Position numbers and translations under genes: made by a program. A model generated the notes under the pieces. That model did not search any database and had not been told where the DNA came from. It saw nothing but the letters and a program-made list of their open reading frames with translations. Of a stretch of DNA of 59,007 bases, positions 10,313 to 20,369 are shown piece after piece (within the stretch, counting starts at the first letter, position 1; each line of letters starts with the position of its first letter). This stretch comes from Comamonas sp. lk (GTDB lineage Bacteria > Bacteroidota > Bacteroidia > Chitinophagales > Chitinophagaceae). The stretch is from contig CALPWK020000001.1 of the NCBI GenBank assembly GCA_943327245.2, positions 1 to 59,007 on the forward strand, written 5' to 3'.

Positions 10313-11053
10313 TTAGCGTACTCCTTTTAAAAAGCCCTGTTGTGTCAAAATAGACTTTAAAGCTTGAACATTTTTATTAAGTATATCAGTATTGCTTTTC
10401 GCATTGGTATGTAACACGAAAAAGAATGGGTGTTTGTTTTCTTCTACAAAACCTGTAATCCAACAAGCATTGTCCTGAGAAGGATCTGCAGCGGCAATAT
10501 AACTTAACTTGTAATTAGCATTATCTTCCCTTAAGATCATTTTTTTAAAAATTTCTTGAGAACGCTTTTGAAAATACAATTCATTAAAATATAATTTCTT
10601 AATCAATCCCAATTGTTCGTCTGCCGTAATATTTAAAGAATTATCTGACCAAAATTTATCTAGTTGCGCACTCACAATTCCTTTCCCATAATGTAAAGAA
10701 TCTATAGCTTTCATGATCTCAGCTCTGCCAATTTTTTGAATTAGATTAGTATAGCTTACTGTAGAATCCATGGATACCCAGCTGCTGCTATCATGTGTGA
10801 TATAACCCTTATCAATCCCCACTAAAGCGGGCACTATAAAAAAGCTATTCAAGGGTGCAAAAGCAGAATCCTTATAGCTTGATAAATTATGTATCGTAAA
10901 CAATTCAGTGCTATTTTCTAATAAAGCAAATGTACCCTGTAACCCAGCGCTGTCTAAAATTTTTGCGATTGCTGGATCAGATTTTACATTATTAGGAGTA
11001 CACCCAAAAGCTACCATTACTATCAATACAATCGAAAACAATTTTTTCTTCAT
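10313..11053 (-). CDS. Class D beta-lactamase (OXA)-fold lipoprotein with lost catalytic motifs
   Basis: Lipobox VAFGC18; OXA scaffold motifs (YG, FWxDNSLxITxDEQL, WxxGxVE..P.FFVL); STFK replaced by NSFF and KTG by IAA. Confidence 0.75.
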   Translation of the reverse strand: MKKKLFSIVLIVMVAFGCTPNNVKSDPAIAKILDSAGLQGTFALLENSTELFTIHNLSSYKDSAFAPLNSFFIVPALVGIDKGYITHDSSSWVSMDSTVSYTNLIQKIGRAEIMKAIDSLHYGKGIVSAQLDKFWSDNSLNITADEQLGLIKKLYFNELYFQKRSQEIFKKMILREDNANYKLSYIAAADPSQDNACWITGFVEENKHPFFFVLHTNAKSNTDILNKNVQALKSILTQQGFLKGVR

Positions 11054-11100
11054 ACTATTTGTTTATAGATCTTCAAAATTACCACATTATATTAAATAAA

Positions 11101-11130
11101 ACACCCTGAACATTGGAATGTTCAGGGTGT
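11101..11130 (-). terminator. Intrinsic terminator after FKBP gene
   Basis: Perfect 14-bp inverted repeat ACACCCTGAACATT/AATGTTCAGGGTGT followed by a T-rich tract on the minus strand. Confidence 0.8.
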
Positions 11131-11149
11131 ACTTTTATAACTGGCTAAA

Positions 11150-11875
11150 TTAGTTAATTCCTAATAGTTCTACTTCAAATATCAAAGTAGATCCTGGTCC
11201 GATTAAAGCACCAGCAGAACGTTCTCCATAAGCTAATTCAGAAGGAATAAACAATTTCCACTTGCTTCCAACTGTCATTAACTGCAAAGCTTCTTGCCAT
11301 CCTTTAATTACTCCATTTAATGGGAAACTAATAGGCTCCCCTCTTTGAACTGAACTGTCAAAAACAGTTCCGTTAATTAAAGTGCCATGATAATGACATC
11401 TTACTGTATTTTTCAAAGTAGGTTTTGCGGTATCTGTACCAGCAACTATTACTTCATATTGTAAGCCATTCGTTAAACGAACAACTCCTGGTCTTTTAGC
11501 ATTTTCAGCTAAAAATTCAGCGCCTGCTGCACGATTTGCAGCGATTTTTTCTGTACTCATTTTATCTTGGTATGTTTTAATGCAAATATCTAATAAACTA
11601 TCTGGTATTACCGATTTGGACTGAACCCCAGCAGCAAACCCTTTTTCAAATAATGACATGCTTATGTCTTGTAAACCCTGTCCTTTCATGCTTTGTGCAA
11701 TTCTATACCCTAAAGCATAAGAAGCACTGTCTTTAGTTGTCTTCAAAGTCTTAGCTGCCGTATAAGTTAATGCCAACTTAGGCTTTGAGACCGTCTTAGT
11801 AGCAGCTGTTTTAGTTTGTGCTTGCACGGTTACTAATGCTCCCAAAAATGCAAATATTAAAGTCCCTTTTTTCAT
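11150..11875 (-). CDS. FKBP-type peptidyl-prolyl cis-trans isomerase (FkpA/FklB-like)
   Basis: Signal peptide, SYALG, GLQYEV, HYHGTL, FDSS, VIKGWQEAL, IPSELAYG. Confidence 0.95.
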   Translation of the reverse strand: MKKGTLIFAFLGALVTVQAQTKTAATKTVSKPKLALTYTAAKTLKTTKDSASYALGYRIAQSMKGQGLQDISMSLFEKGFAAGVQSKSVIPDSLLDICIKTYQDKMSTEKIAANRAAGAEFLAENAKRPGVVRLTNGLQYEVIVAGTDTAKPTLKNTVRCHYHGTLINGTVFDSSVQRGEPISFPLNGVIKGWQEALQLMTVGSKWKLFIPSELAYGERSAGALIGPGSTLIFEVELLGIN

Positions 11876-11921
11876 AGTATCTCTTTTAAAATATAGAATT
11901 TATTTAGTCGTCAAAAATACA

Positions 11922-13259
11922 CTAGATATTTAATAATTGTTGAATTTGTTTATCAACTTTAACAATTTCCATGCTATCTAACACCTTATTCATTTCTGAA
12001 GCTATTTGTGCAGTGCAAAGATTCCCTATACTGCCTTCATGTGTATGTGCTAACTGTGTAGAATAGGTGAATTTCCCAGCTTCAATAGCCAATCCCACTT
12101 GTTTATAGGCATCTCTAAAAGCGGTTCCAGCGTTAACCAATTTATTAACCTCCTCCACACTAAATAAAAATTGATACTTAGGGTCTTCTAATAAATCTTT
12201 TTTCACCTGCATATTCTCTATCATCAAGCATGCCATGTCTATACAATTTTTTAATTGCGTGAAAGCAGGAAATAAATGCTCTTTTAATAATTGTAAATCA
12301 CGATGATAACCGGAAGGTAAATTGGTTGTCATCATCATGATTTCATTAGGTAATGCCTTAATACGATTGCAGTATGAACGAATTAGCTCAAAAACATCTG
12401 GATTTTTTTTATGTGGCATGATACTAGAACCAGTCGTCAACTCTTCGGGAAAACTAATAAATCCAAAATTCTGATTTAAGAACAAGCAAGCATCCATGCT
12501 TAATCTAGACAAGGTGTCAGCAATATTAGCCAAAGCCATAGCAGTTACCCGCTCTGCCTTACCTCTTCCCATTTGAGCATAAACTACATTAAAATTGAGT
12601 GTATCAAACCCTAATAACTCAGTAGTTCTTGTTCTATTAATTGGAAAAGAAGAACCGTAACCTGCTGCAGAACCTAATGGATTTTTATTTACTACTTTAT
12701 AGGCTGCTTGCAACATAGTCATATCGTCTACTAAACTTTCCGCATATGCACCTAACCATAATCCAAAAGATGACGGCATTGCTAATTGAAGATGTGTATA
12801 GCCAGGTAATAAATCAGATTTATGTGCTTCACTTTTTTCTTGTAATAATTTAAATAATGTTTCCACTGAAGTAGTTAGTGAAATTATTTCTGCTCTTAAG
12901 AATAATTTAATATCTACTAAGACTTGATCATTTCTACTTCTTGCACTGTGTATTTTTTTCCCAATATCACCCAATTTAGCCGTCAATAAAATCTCCACTT
13001 GTGAATGGATATCTTCCACTCCTTCGTCTAAACTAAAGGCTCCGTTTTGTATAGTTTGATAGATTTCAACCAATGCAGCTTTAAGCGCGACTTGTTCTTC
13101 CTTAGTTAGTAAGCCAACTTCAGACAACATGGTGGTATGTGCAATAGAACCAAGCACATCATAAGCTGCTAGATACTTGTCCATGGCTTGGTCATTGCCA
13201 ATGGTAAATTTTTCAACAGCAGCTGCTACTTTACTATTCTTTTGCCAAAGCTTACTCAT
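11922..13259 (-). CDS. argH: Argininosuccinate lyase
   Basis: HSARSRNDQ, PGYTHLQ, GSSIMPHKKNPD. Confidence 0.97.
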   Translation of the reverse strand: MSKLWQKNSKVAAAVEKFTIGNDQAMDKYLAAYDVLGSIAHTTMLSEVGLLTKEEQVALKAALVEIYQTIQNGAFSLDEGVEDIHSQVEILLTAKLGDIGKKIHSARSRNDQVLVDIKLFLRAEIISLTTSVETLFKLLQEKSEAHKSDLLPGYTHLQLAMPSSFGLWLGAYAESLVDDMTMLQAAYKVVNKNPLGSAAGYGSSFPINRTRTTELLGFDTLNFNVVYAQMGRGKAERVTAMALANIADTLSRLSMDACLFLNQNFGFISFPEELTTGSSIMPHKKNPDVFELIRSYCNRIKALPNEIMMMTTNLPSGYHRDLQLLKEHLFPAFTQLKNCIDMACLMIENMQVKKDLLEDPKYQFLFSVEEVNKLVNAGTAFRDAYKQVGLAIEAGKFTYSTQLAHTHEGSIGNLCTAQIASEMNKVLDSMEIVKVDKQIQQLLNI

Positions 13260-14359
13260 AATGTAAAAATGTTTTCAAGTAATTCAATATAGGTTGTAAT
13301 TCCGTCCTCAATTTCTTTTATAAAAATATATTCGTCTGCTGTATGGCTTCTTGCAGAATCTCCAGGTCCCATTTTTAAAGCTGGGAATTTCATTAACGCT
13401 TTGTCAGAGGTAGTAGCAGACCCATAATAACCTTTGCCAATTGACAAACCAGCTTTAATAACTGGATGATCTAATGCTATGCCTGTGGACCTCATTCTTA
13501 AACTACGTGGAGTCACAGTAGCTGTAACATGTTTTTCTATTGTTGCTACTATTTCTTCAAAACTATATAATTCATTTACTCTAACATCCACTACCATCTT
13601 ACATGTCGAAGGCACAACATTGTGTTGTTTATTATCTGTTTCCATCACCGTCACCGTCATTTTAACCGCACCTAACAGTGCTGAAACCTTTTCAAATTGA
13701 TAAGATCTAAACCAATCAAGATCCGGTAAAATTTTATAAAGCGCATTCTCTCCCTCGTCTCTTGCTGCGTGCCCCGCCTTGCCAGTGGCCACTATATCTA
13801 ACACCATTAACCCTCTTTCAGCAATAGCCATTTCTAATAAAGTAGGCTCTCCTACAATTCCAAATTCAATTGAAGGAATCGTTTGTAAAGCTAATTCGAT
13901 TCCGTTTTGTCCTGAAATTTCTTCCTCGGCAGATGCTACTAAAACGATATTATAAGGCAGGTCGTTTTTATCGTAATAGAACAAAAAAGTGGCTATTAAA
14001 CTTACTAAACATCCACCTGCGTCATTACTACCAAGTCCATATATTTTACCATCATGCTCAAAGGGATTAAATGGTTCAATAGTATATCCTTTGTTAGGCT
14101 TTACTGTATCATGATGTGAATTTAATAATATTGTTTTTTTGTTCTTATCAAAATGTAGGTTAGTAGCCCAAATATTATTTTTAATTCTTTCTGTTTTAAC
14201 ACCATGTTCTATAAGAAAGCGTTCAATAATGAAAGCCGTTTGTTCTTCCTCCTTACTAAATGAAGGTATTGCAATTAATGTTTTTAATAAATCGATGGCG
14301 TCTTTTTGGAGCGCCTTTATAGTTGCTATATTTTCTTGTATGTAAATATTTTGTGACAT
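13256..14359 (-). CDS. argE: M20 deacylase ArgE-like (probably N-succinyl/acetyl-citrulline deacylase)
   Basis: NSHHDTV, GLGSND, EEE, GEPT, HTADE; inside arg operon, ATGA-coupled to argH. Confidence 0.8.
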   Translation of the reverse strand: MSQNIYIQENIATIKALQKDAIDLLKTLIAIPSFSKEEEQTAFIIERFLIEHGVKTERIKNNIWATNLHFDKNKKTILLNSHHDTVKPNKGYTIEPFNPFEHDGKIYGLGSNDAGGCLVSLIATFLFYYDKNDLPYNIVLVASAEEEISGQNGIELALQTIPSIEFGIVGEPTLLEMAIAERGLMVLDIVATGKAGHAARDEGENALYKILPDLDWFRSYQFEKVSALLGAVKMTVTVMETDNKQHNVVPSTCKMVVDVRVNELYSFEEIVATIEKHVTATVTPRSLRMRSTGIALDHPVIKAGLSIGKGYYGSATTSDKALMKFPALKMGPGDSARSHTADEYIFIKEIEDGITTYIELLENIFTL

Positions 14360-15141
14360 TAGTTTTTGATTGTGGTACCAGCTGTACCGTTTATTAATTC
14401 ATTCATTTTTTCTGCCTTCCCAATGATGACGGATTGTACACCACCATCTAAGGCTAAAAAAGCATTGTCGATTTTGGGTACCATTCCGTCGAAGATGACT
14501 TTGTCTTCTTTAAGTTTGGCGTAACTAGGTCTGTCGATTTTTGCTATGACTGAATTAGGGTTATTTACATCCGCTAAAACCCCCTCTTTTTCAAAACCAT
14601 ATATCAAATGCACATTGTATGATGAAGCTAAAGCTGTAGCAATACTTTGTGCGATTGTATCTGCATTTGTATTTAATAATTGTCCATTACCGTCATGTGT
14701 AATAGGAGCAATCACTAATCTATTATTACTTGATAGCAGTAATTGAATTAAATCAATATTTACTTTATCTACGTCCCCTACAAATCCATAATCTATTGTA
14801 GCGTGGACTCTTTTATGTGCTTGAATTAAATTTCCGTCAGCTCCTGTCAATCCAATTGCCTTTACTCCTATCCCTTGTAATTGTGCCACTATATTTTTAT
14901 TAATATAGCCGGCGTATACCATGGTGACAATTTTTAAAGTTGCTTCATCTGTTATTCTTCTTCCTTCAATCATGGTTTGTTCTACACCCATAGTAGTCGC
15001 TAAGCTAGTAGCTAGCTTTCCACCACCGTGCACTAAAATAGCCTGCCCCTGTATGGTAGCAAATGCTTTAAGGCATTCCTTTAACAATATTGGATTGTCA
15101 ACAATATTGCCTCCTATTTTAATGACGTATAATGATTCCAT
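14359..15141 (-). CDS. argB: N-acylglutamate kinase
   Basis: VIKIGG, VHGGG, GRRITD, LLNTNADTIA, GMVPK. Confidence 0.95.
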   Translation of the reverse strand: MESLYVIKIGGNIVDNPILLKECLKAFATIQGQAILVHGGGKLATSLATTMGVEQTMIEGRRITDEATLKIVTMVYAGYINKNIVAQLQGIGVKAIGLTGADGNLIQAHKRVHATIDYGFVGDVDKVNIDLIQLLLSSNNRLVIAPITHDGNGQLLNTNADTIAQSIATALASSYNVHLIYGFEKEGVLADVNNPNSVIAKIDRPSYAKLKEDKVIFDGMVPKIDNAFLALDGGVQSVIIGKAEKMNELINGTAGTTIKN

Positions 15142-15175
15142 GATTTAAAAACTAAATACAAATTAATTATATTAT

Positions 15176-16159
15176 TTATTTTGCCTTGTTATTAATTAAT
15201 TCCAGAATTTCAGCCAATACCGCCTGTGCAGCCCATACTCTATTAGATGCTTCTTTAGTCACCAAACTATTTGGACCATCTAAAATTTCATCACTCAACT
15301 CTACATTACGACGTACTGGCAAGCAGTGCATTACTTTAGCCTTATTCGTATTGGCTAACTTTTCATTAGTCAACATCCAATTAGCGTCTGTACAAACTAC
15401 TTTTCCATATTCCTTAAAACTACTCCAGTTTTTTACATATACAAAATCAGCATCTTTCAATGCAGCTGCTTGATCGTTGATGATGGTAGCACCTTTAGTG
15501 TACTCATTTGAAAGCTCGTATCCATCTGGATGTGTTATTACAAAGTCTGCTTCCCCCCATGCAGTCATCCACTCACTAAAACTATTAGCTACGCATTGAG
15601 GAATAGGTTTTATATGAGGGGCCCAAGTTAACACAACCTTCAGTTTTTTATTATTTAAAACGTTGTTCTCTAACACTGACTCCTTAATGGTAATAAGGTC
15701 TGTTAAAGACTGTAAAGGATGCAATGTGGCAGACTCTAAACTAATAATAGGGACGGCTGCATATTTTATAAATTGATGTATGATTTTTTCAGCGTAATCG
15801 TCTTCCCTATTTTGTAAATTTGGAAAAGTACGTATACATAAAACATCGAAATAATTACCTAAAATGGGTGCAGCGTCTTTAATATGCTCTACGGAAGTCC
15901 CGTTCATAATTGCACCTTCCGTGAATTCTAAAGCCCAGCCCTCTTTGTCTACATTCAACACAATTGGCTCCATACCCAAGTTCTGTGCAGCTATTTGTGT
16001 ACTTAGTCTTGTTCTTAAACTTGGGTTTAAAAACAATAAACCTATACGTTTATTGACTCCTAAAGTTTTGTCCTTAAGTGGGTCTGCTTTATAGGCTAAT
16101 GCTTTTTCTACTAATGCATTAATATCACTTACATCCTTCACTGAAATAAACTGTTTCAT
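15176..16159 (-). CDS. argF: N-succinyl(/acetyl)ornithine carbamoyltransferase (ArgF')
   Basis: SLRT carbamoyl-phosphate motif, W75, HPLQ, TWAPH, HCLPVRR; Val90 at the specificity position. Confidence 0.9.
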   Translation of the reverse strand: MKQFISVKDVSDINALVEKALAYKADPLKDKTLGVNKRIGLLFLNPSLRTRLSTQIAAQNLGMEPIVLNVDKEGWALEFTEGAIMNGTSVEHIKDAAPILGNYFDVLCIRTFPNLQNREDDYAEKIIHQFIKYAAVPIISLESATLHPLQSLTDLITIKESVLENNVLNNKKLKVVLTWAPHIKPIPQCVANSFSEWMTAWGEADFVITHPDGYELSNEYTKGATIINDQAAALKDADFVYVKNWSSFKEYGKVVCTDANWMLTNEKLANTNKAKVMHCLPVRRNVELSDEILDGPNSLVTKEASNRVWAAQAVLAEILELINNKAK

Positions 16160-16163
16160 TCGC

Positions 16164-17315
16164 TTAATCTTTCTTTTGCGTCATTTGTTGAATTGCTCCA
16201 TTCAACCCTGTTAAAAATAAATCAACATCTTCCATAGAAATTGCTAAGGAAGGAAGTAGGCGTATAATATTTGGTTTTGCTTCCCCAGTGAAAATTTTAA
16301 AATCGTTTAATAAAACTTTTTTAAGGTCTTGCAAATGCTCCTCCATTTCAAATCCAATCATTAAGCCCCTTCCTCTTACCACTTTGACTCCAGGAGTATT
16401 TCTTAAAGCATTTATTAAATAATTCCCTTTCTCTGCTGCAGCATTAATTAGTTTATCCTGTTGCATCACTTCAATCACTGCTAATGCAGCTGCACACGCT
16501 AAAGGATTTCCTCCAAACGTAGTACCCAATAGGCCAAATTTTGGTTGAATATGTGGCGCAATTAGTATTCCTCCAACTGGGAAACCATTCCCCATTCCTT
16601 TTGCCATGGAATAAATATCTGCATTTACGCCTGCATGATCATGGGCAAAGAATTTTCCTGTACGACCATATCCACATTGTACACTATCAGCAATATATAC
16701 AGCACCAAATTCATCACAAGCCTTTCGAATGGCTTGTAAGAAAATATCATTCGCTTCATAAATACCTGCCACACCCTGAATCCCTTCTATGATTACAGCA
16801 GCAATCTGCGAACCATGAGCAGCAAAACAAGCTTGCAATGCCGCTACGTCGTTAAAAGGCAAAAAAAGCACATTGTCCGTTTCGTTCACAGGTGCCACAA
16901 TACTTGGATTGTCCGTTGCAGCCACAGCTAATGAAGTTCTTCCATGAAATGACTTTTTAAAAGCAATTATTTTTTTTCTACCGGTATGAAATGAGGCTAA
17001 TTTTAAAGCATTCTCATTGGCCTCTGCACCACTATTACATAAGAATAATTGAAAATCTTTTTTTTCACTTATTTTATTTAATGCGGTTGCTAATTCTTCT
17101 TGAATTGGCATGATTACAGAATTAGAATAAAATGCGATTGCATGTAATTGGTCTTCTATACGTTTTACCCAATGAGGTTGCGTATGACCAATACTAATTA
17201 CAGCATGCCCGCCATACATATCTAAATATGCTTGTCCTTTGTCATCCCATACGCGGCTGCCAGCAGCTTTTGTAATAGCGATAGGGTTTAAAGGATATAC
17301 ATTGAATAGAGACAT
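16164..17315 (-). CDS. argD: N-acylornithine aminotransferase (class III PLP)
   Basis: NSGAEANE, FHGRT, DSVQCGYGRTG, AKGMGNGFP, TTFGGNP. Confidence 0.93.
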   Translation of the reverse strand: MSLFNVYPLNPIAITKAAGSRVWDDKGQAYLDMYGGHAVISIGHTQPHWVKRIEDQLHAIAFYSNSVIMPIQEELATALNKISEKKDFQLFLCNSGAEANENALKLASFHTGRKKIIAFKKSFHGRTSLAVAATDNPSIVAPVNETDNVLFLPFNDVAALQACFAAHGSQIAAVIIEGIQGVAGIYEANDIFLQAIRKACDEFGAVYIADSVQCGYGRTGKFFAHDHAGVNADIYSMAKGMGNGFPVGGILIAPHIQPKFGLLGTTFGGNPLACAAALAVIEVMQQDKLINAAAEKGNYLINALRNTPGVKVVRGRGLMIGFEMEEHLQDLKKVLLNDFKIFTGEAKPNIIRLLPSLAISMEDVDLFLTGLNGAIQQMTQKKD

Positions 17316-17385
17316 TAGTAAGTTGTTTAGTATTATATTATTTTTTATTAAGAAGCCAATTTAAGTAGGCTATTTATATAATCGT

Positions 17386-18366
17386 TTAAAAATAGTTAGC
17401 TTTTAATTGTAAGCCTGTTGTTTCAGTTACCCCAAATAATAAGTTCATGTTTTGAACCGCTTGTCCTACTGCTCCTTTTAATAAATTATCTATTACAGAA
17501 TGTATTGCCACTTTATTTCCTTGTTGTTCTAAATGAATCAAACATTTATTGGTATTTACCACCTGTTTTAAATCGATATTATTTTTACTTACATGTGTAA
17601 AAGGATGCCAATCATAAAATGTTTCATACAAATCATACAAACTTTCTAAAGGCTCATTCGTTGAAATAACAGAGGTCACAAAAATACCTCTTGTAAAGTC
17701 TCCTCTCCAGGGTACAAAATTGACTTGTGCATTATTATTTCCTTGTAACTGATGTAAATTTTGCTCAATTTCATGCAAATGTTGATGTTGCAATGTTTTG
17801 TATGCTTGAATATTATTCGCCCTCCAGCTAAAATGACTTGTGGCACTTAAACCTTGTCCTGCTCCTGTTGAACCCGTGATACCTGTAGTATACACTTCTC
17901 CCAAAATACCTTTTTGTGCTAAAGGCAATAAGCCTAATTGAATGGCAGTTGCAAAACAACCTGGATTAGCAATATTTTGTGCAGTTTGAATAGCATGTTT
18001 TTGCAATTCTGGTAAACCATAAATGAATTTTCGTTCTCCAATACTGTTATCTGCAGTTAATCTAAAATCCTGAGACAGGTCAATAATTTTAACTGTTGCT
18101 TTTATTTGGTTAGCAGCTAAAAACTTTTTAGCGTCACCATGTCCTACGCATAAAAACAATACATCAATGTCTTGATTTAATTCCCCACTGAATGCTAAAT
18201 GAGTATCTCCCAATAAATCTGCATGCACTTTACTCACTAATTCACCAGCATTACTGGTACTATGCACAAATCTAATGTTAGCATTTGGATGATGCAATAA
18301 AACACGTAGCAATTCACCACCTGTATACCCTGCTCCACCAACAATACCAATATTTATTTGTTGCAT
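17386..18366 (-). CDS. argC: N-acyl-gamma-glutamyl-phosphate reductase
   Basis: GGAGYTG, YGLPE, IANPGCF, DNLLKGAVGQAVQNMN. Confidence 0.97.
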   Translation of the reverse strand: MQQINIGIVGGAGYTGGELLRVLLHHPNANIRFVHSTSNAGELVSKVHADLLGDTHLAFSGELNQDIDVLFLCVGHGDAKKFLAANQIKATVKIIDLSQDFRLTADNSIGERKFIYGLPELQKHAIQTAQNIANPGCFATAIQLGLLPLAQKGILGEVYTTGITGSTGAGQGLSATSHFSWRANNIQAYKTLQHQHLHEIEQNLHQLQGNNNAQVNFVPWRGDFTRGIFVTSVISTNEPLESLYDLYETFYDWHPFTHVSKNNIDLKQVVNTNKCLIHLEQQGNKVAIHSVIDNLLKGAVGQAVQNMNLLFGVTETTGLQLKANYF

Positions 18367-18372
18367 CTTAGC

Positions 18373-19569
18373 TTATTTATTTGATTCCTTAATGTGATGG
18401 AATATACTAGTTTGATTACCGAATATTTTCGTGAATCCTCTAACGTCGGCACCTGTCCATCCTGTATTCATTTCACCATATTTACCAAACTTAGCACTCA
18501 TCAAGTCGTTTGGAGATTCAATTCCAATTACTTGAAAACGATATGGATATAATTGAATAAAAACATCCCCTGTAACTTGCGCTTGTGAACTAGTAAGATA
18601 GGCTTCCATGTCACGCATTACTGGATCTAAAATTTGACCTTCATGTAACCAGTTGCCATAAAACTGAGCTATCTGATCTTTCCAAGACAACTGCCATTTT
18701 GTTAAAACATGTTTTTCTAAAGCGTGATGCGCTTTTAAAATTACCATTGGGGCAGCTGCTTCAAAACCCACGCGACCTTTAATGCCAATAATAGTATCTC
18801 CCACATGAATATCTCTTCCAATGCCATAAGGTCCAACAATAGATTGTATGTATTGAATAGCTTGCGTTGGATGCTCAAATGTTTTTTTATTAACTGTTTT
18901 AATCTCCCCTTTTTCAAAACCAATTATTAATTCGGCTTCTTGACCTTCCTTAGTCATTTGAGTTGGCCAAGCAGATTCTGGCAACATCCCTTTTGAATTT
19001 AATGTTTCCTTTCCACCTACACTAGTGCCCCATAAACCTTTATTAATAGAATAAGCTGCTTTTTCAAAATTCATTGCAACCCCTTTCTCTTTCAAGTATT
19101 CAATCTCTGCTTCTCTACTTAATTGTAAATCACGGATGGGTGTTAATATTTCAACACCAGGAATCATGATTTGAAATATCATGTCAAATCGAACCTGATC
19201 ATTGCCTGCGCCAGTACTTCCATGTGCCACTAAATTAGCTCCCATTTTTTTAACGTGTGCTGCAATATGCAAAGCTTGACTTAAACGCTCTGCACTCACA
19301 CTTAGTGGGTAAGTATTATTTTTAAGTACATTACCATAAATCAGATATTTAATAATGCTATCATAATATCCTTTTACGGCATCCACTGTAGTATGTGATT
19401 TAACACCTAAGGCATAGGCATGTGCTTCCACTTTTTTTAAATCTTCCTCAGAAAATCCACCTGTATTCACTACTACGCTATGTACTTCTAAACCCTTATC
19501 CTCTGTCAAATACTTTACACAAAACGTAGTGTCTAATCCACCACTAAAACCTAAAACTACTTTTTCCAT
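18373..19569 (-). CDS. argG: Argininosuccinate synthase
   Basis: FSGGLDT, HGSTGAGNDQVRF, IGIKGR. Confidence 0.97.
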   Translation of the reverse strand: MEKVVLGFSGGLDTTFCVKYLTEDKGLEVHSVVVNTGGFSEEDLKKVEAHAYALGVKSHTTVDAVKGYYDSIIKYLIYGNVLKNNTYPLSVSAERLSQALHIAAHVKKMGANLVAHGSTGAGNDQVRFDMIFQIMIPGVEILTPIRDLQLSREAEIEYLKEKGVAMNFEKAAYSINKGLWGTSVGGKETLNSKGMLPESAWPTQMTKEGQEAELIIGFEKGEIKTVNKKTFEHPTQAIQYIQSIVGPYGIGRDIHVGDTIIGIKGRVGFEAAAPMVILKAHHALEKHVLTKWQLSWKDQIAQFYGNWLHEGQILDPVMRDMEAYLTSSQAQVTGDVFIQLYPYRFQVIGIESPNDLMSAKFGKYGEMNTGWTGADVRGFTKIFGNQTSIFHHIKESNK

Positions 19570-19574
19570 AATAT

Positions 19575-20222
19575 TTATTTTTTTCTAAACCAATTCAATA
19601 ATTTGCTTTGTTTTATTTTCATAAAACGCTCGTATAGTTTAGACTTACTTTTAAATTCGGCTTCTACTTGATCGGTTGTGTGTAAACTCTTTGGCTCACA
19701 TAGCATAGCAGTACACATACAATTTTTTCTATCTTTGCTCATTAATATTTCATAATTCACACAATTCTTACAGCCGGCCCAAAATTCTTCGTCGTCCGTT
19801 AATTCACTATAAGTAACAGGTTCATACCCTAACTCGCTATTGATTTTCATAACCGCTAATCCAGTCGTCAATCCAAATATTTTCGCAGTTGGATATTTTT
19901 CCCTGGATAATTGAAAAATAGTTTGTTTGATTTTTTTTGCAATCCCTGTTTTTCTAAAAGCAGGGGCAACTATTAATCCACTATTCGCGACAAACTGACC
20001 ATGCTGCCAAGCTTCAATATAACAAAAGCCTACCCATGCCCCTTCCTCGGTATGCGCAATTACTGCTTTACCTTCCTCAATTTTTTGTGCAACATATGCG
20101 GGACTTCTTTTAGCAATTCCGGTTCCTCTTGCTTTTGCTGAAGATGCCATCTCGTCTGTAATGGCATTAGCATATGAAATATCGCCACTATGGGCTACAC
20201 GTACTATTATTTTCTGTTCCAA
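19575..20222 (-). CDS. GNAT acyltransferase, Bacteroidota-type short ArgA (glutamate N-acyltransferase)
   Basis: First gene of arg operon; TTG start; SGLIVAPAFRKTGIAK acyl-CoA motif; FWAGCKNC...CMC cysteine cluster. Confidence 0.75.
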   Translation of the reverse strand: MEQKIIVRVAHSGDISYANAITDEMASSAKARGTGIAKRSPAYVAQKIEEGKAVIAHTEEGAWVGFCYIEAWQHGQFVANSGLIVAPAFRKTGIAKKIKQTIFQLSREKYPTAKIFGLTTGLAVMKINSELGYEPVTYSELTDDEEFWAGCKNCVNYEILMSKDRKNCMCTAMLCEPKSLHTTDQVEAEFKSKSKLYERFMKIKQSKLLNWFRKK

Positions 20223-20237
20223 TGATCAATAAAATTT

Positions 20238-20369
20238 AAAAAAATGACACTTCTGGCTATAAAAGACTATTTCGGGGATTTTTCCACTGATAGGGGCAAG
20301 TGCCAATTGCTCGTCCTATCAGAATCCACGTCGGTAGAAAGATCTACCCAACTGGGGCAACCTGATAGG
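20238..20369 (-). promoter_or_regulatory. Candidate attenuator (alternative helices + U7 tract) upstream of arg operon
   Basis: CCUAUCAG occurs twice around one CUGAUAGG; UGGCACUU pairs with AAGUGUCA immediately before UUUUUUU. Confidence 0.55.
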
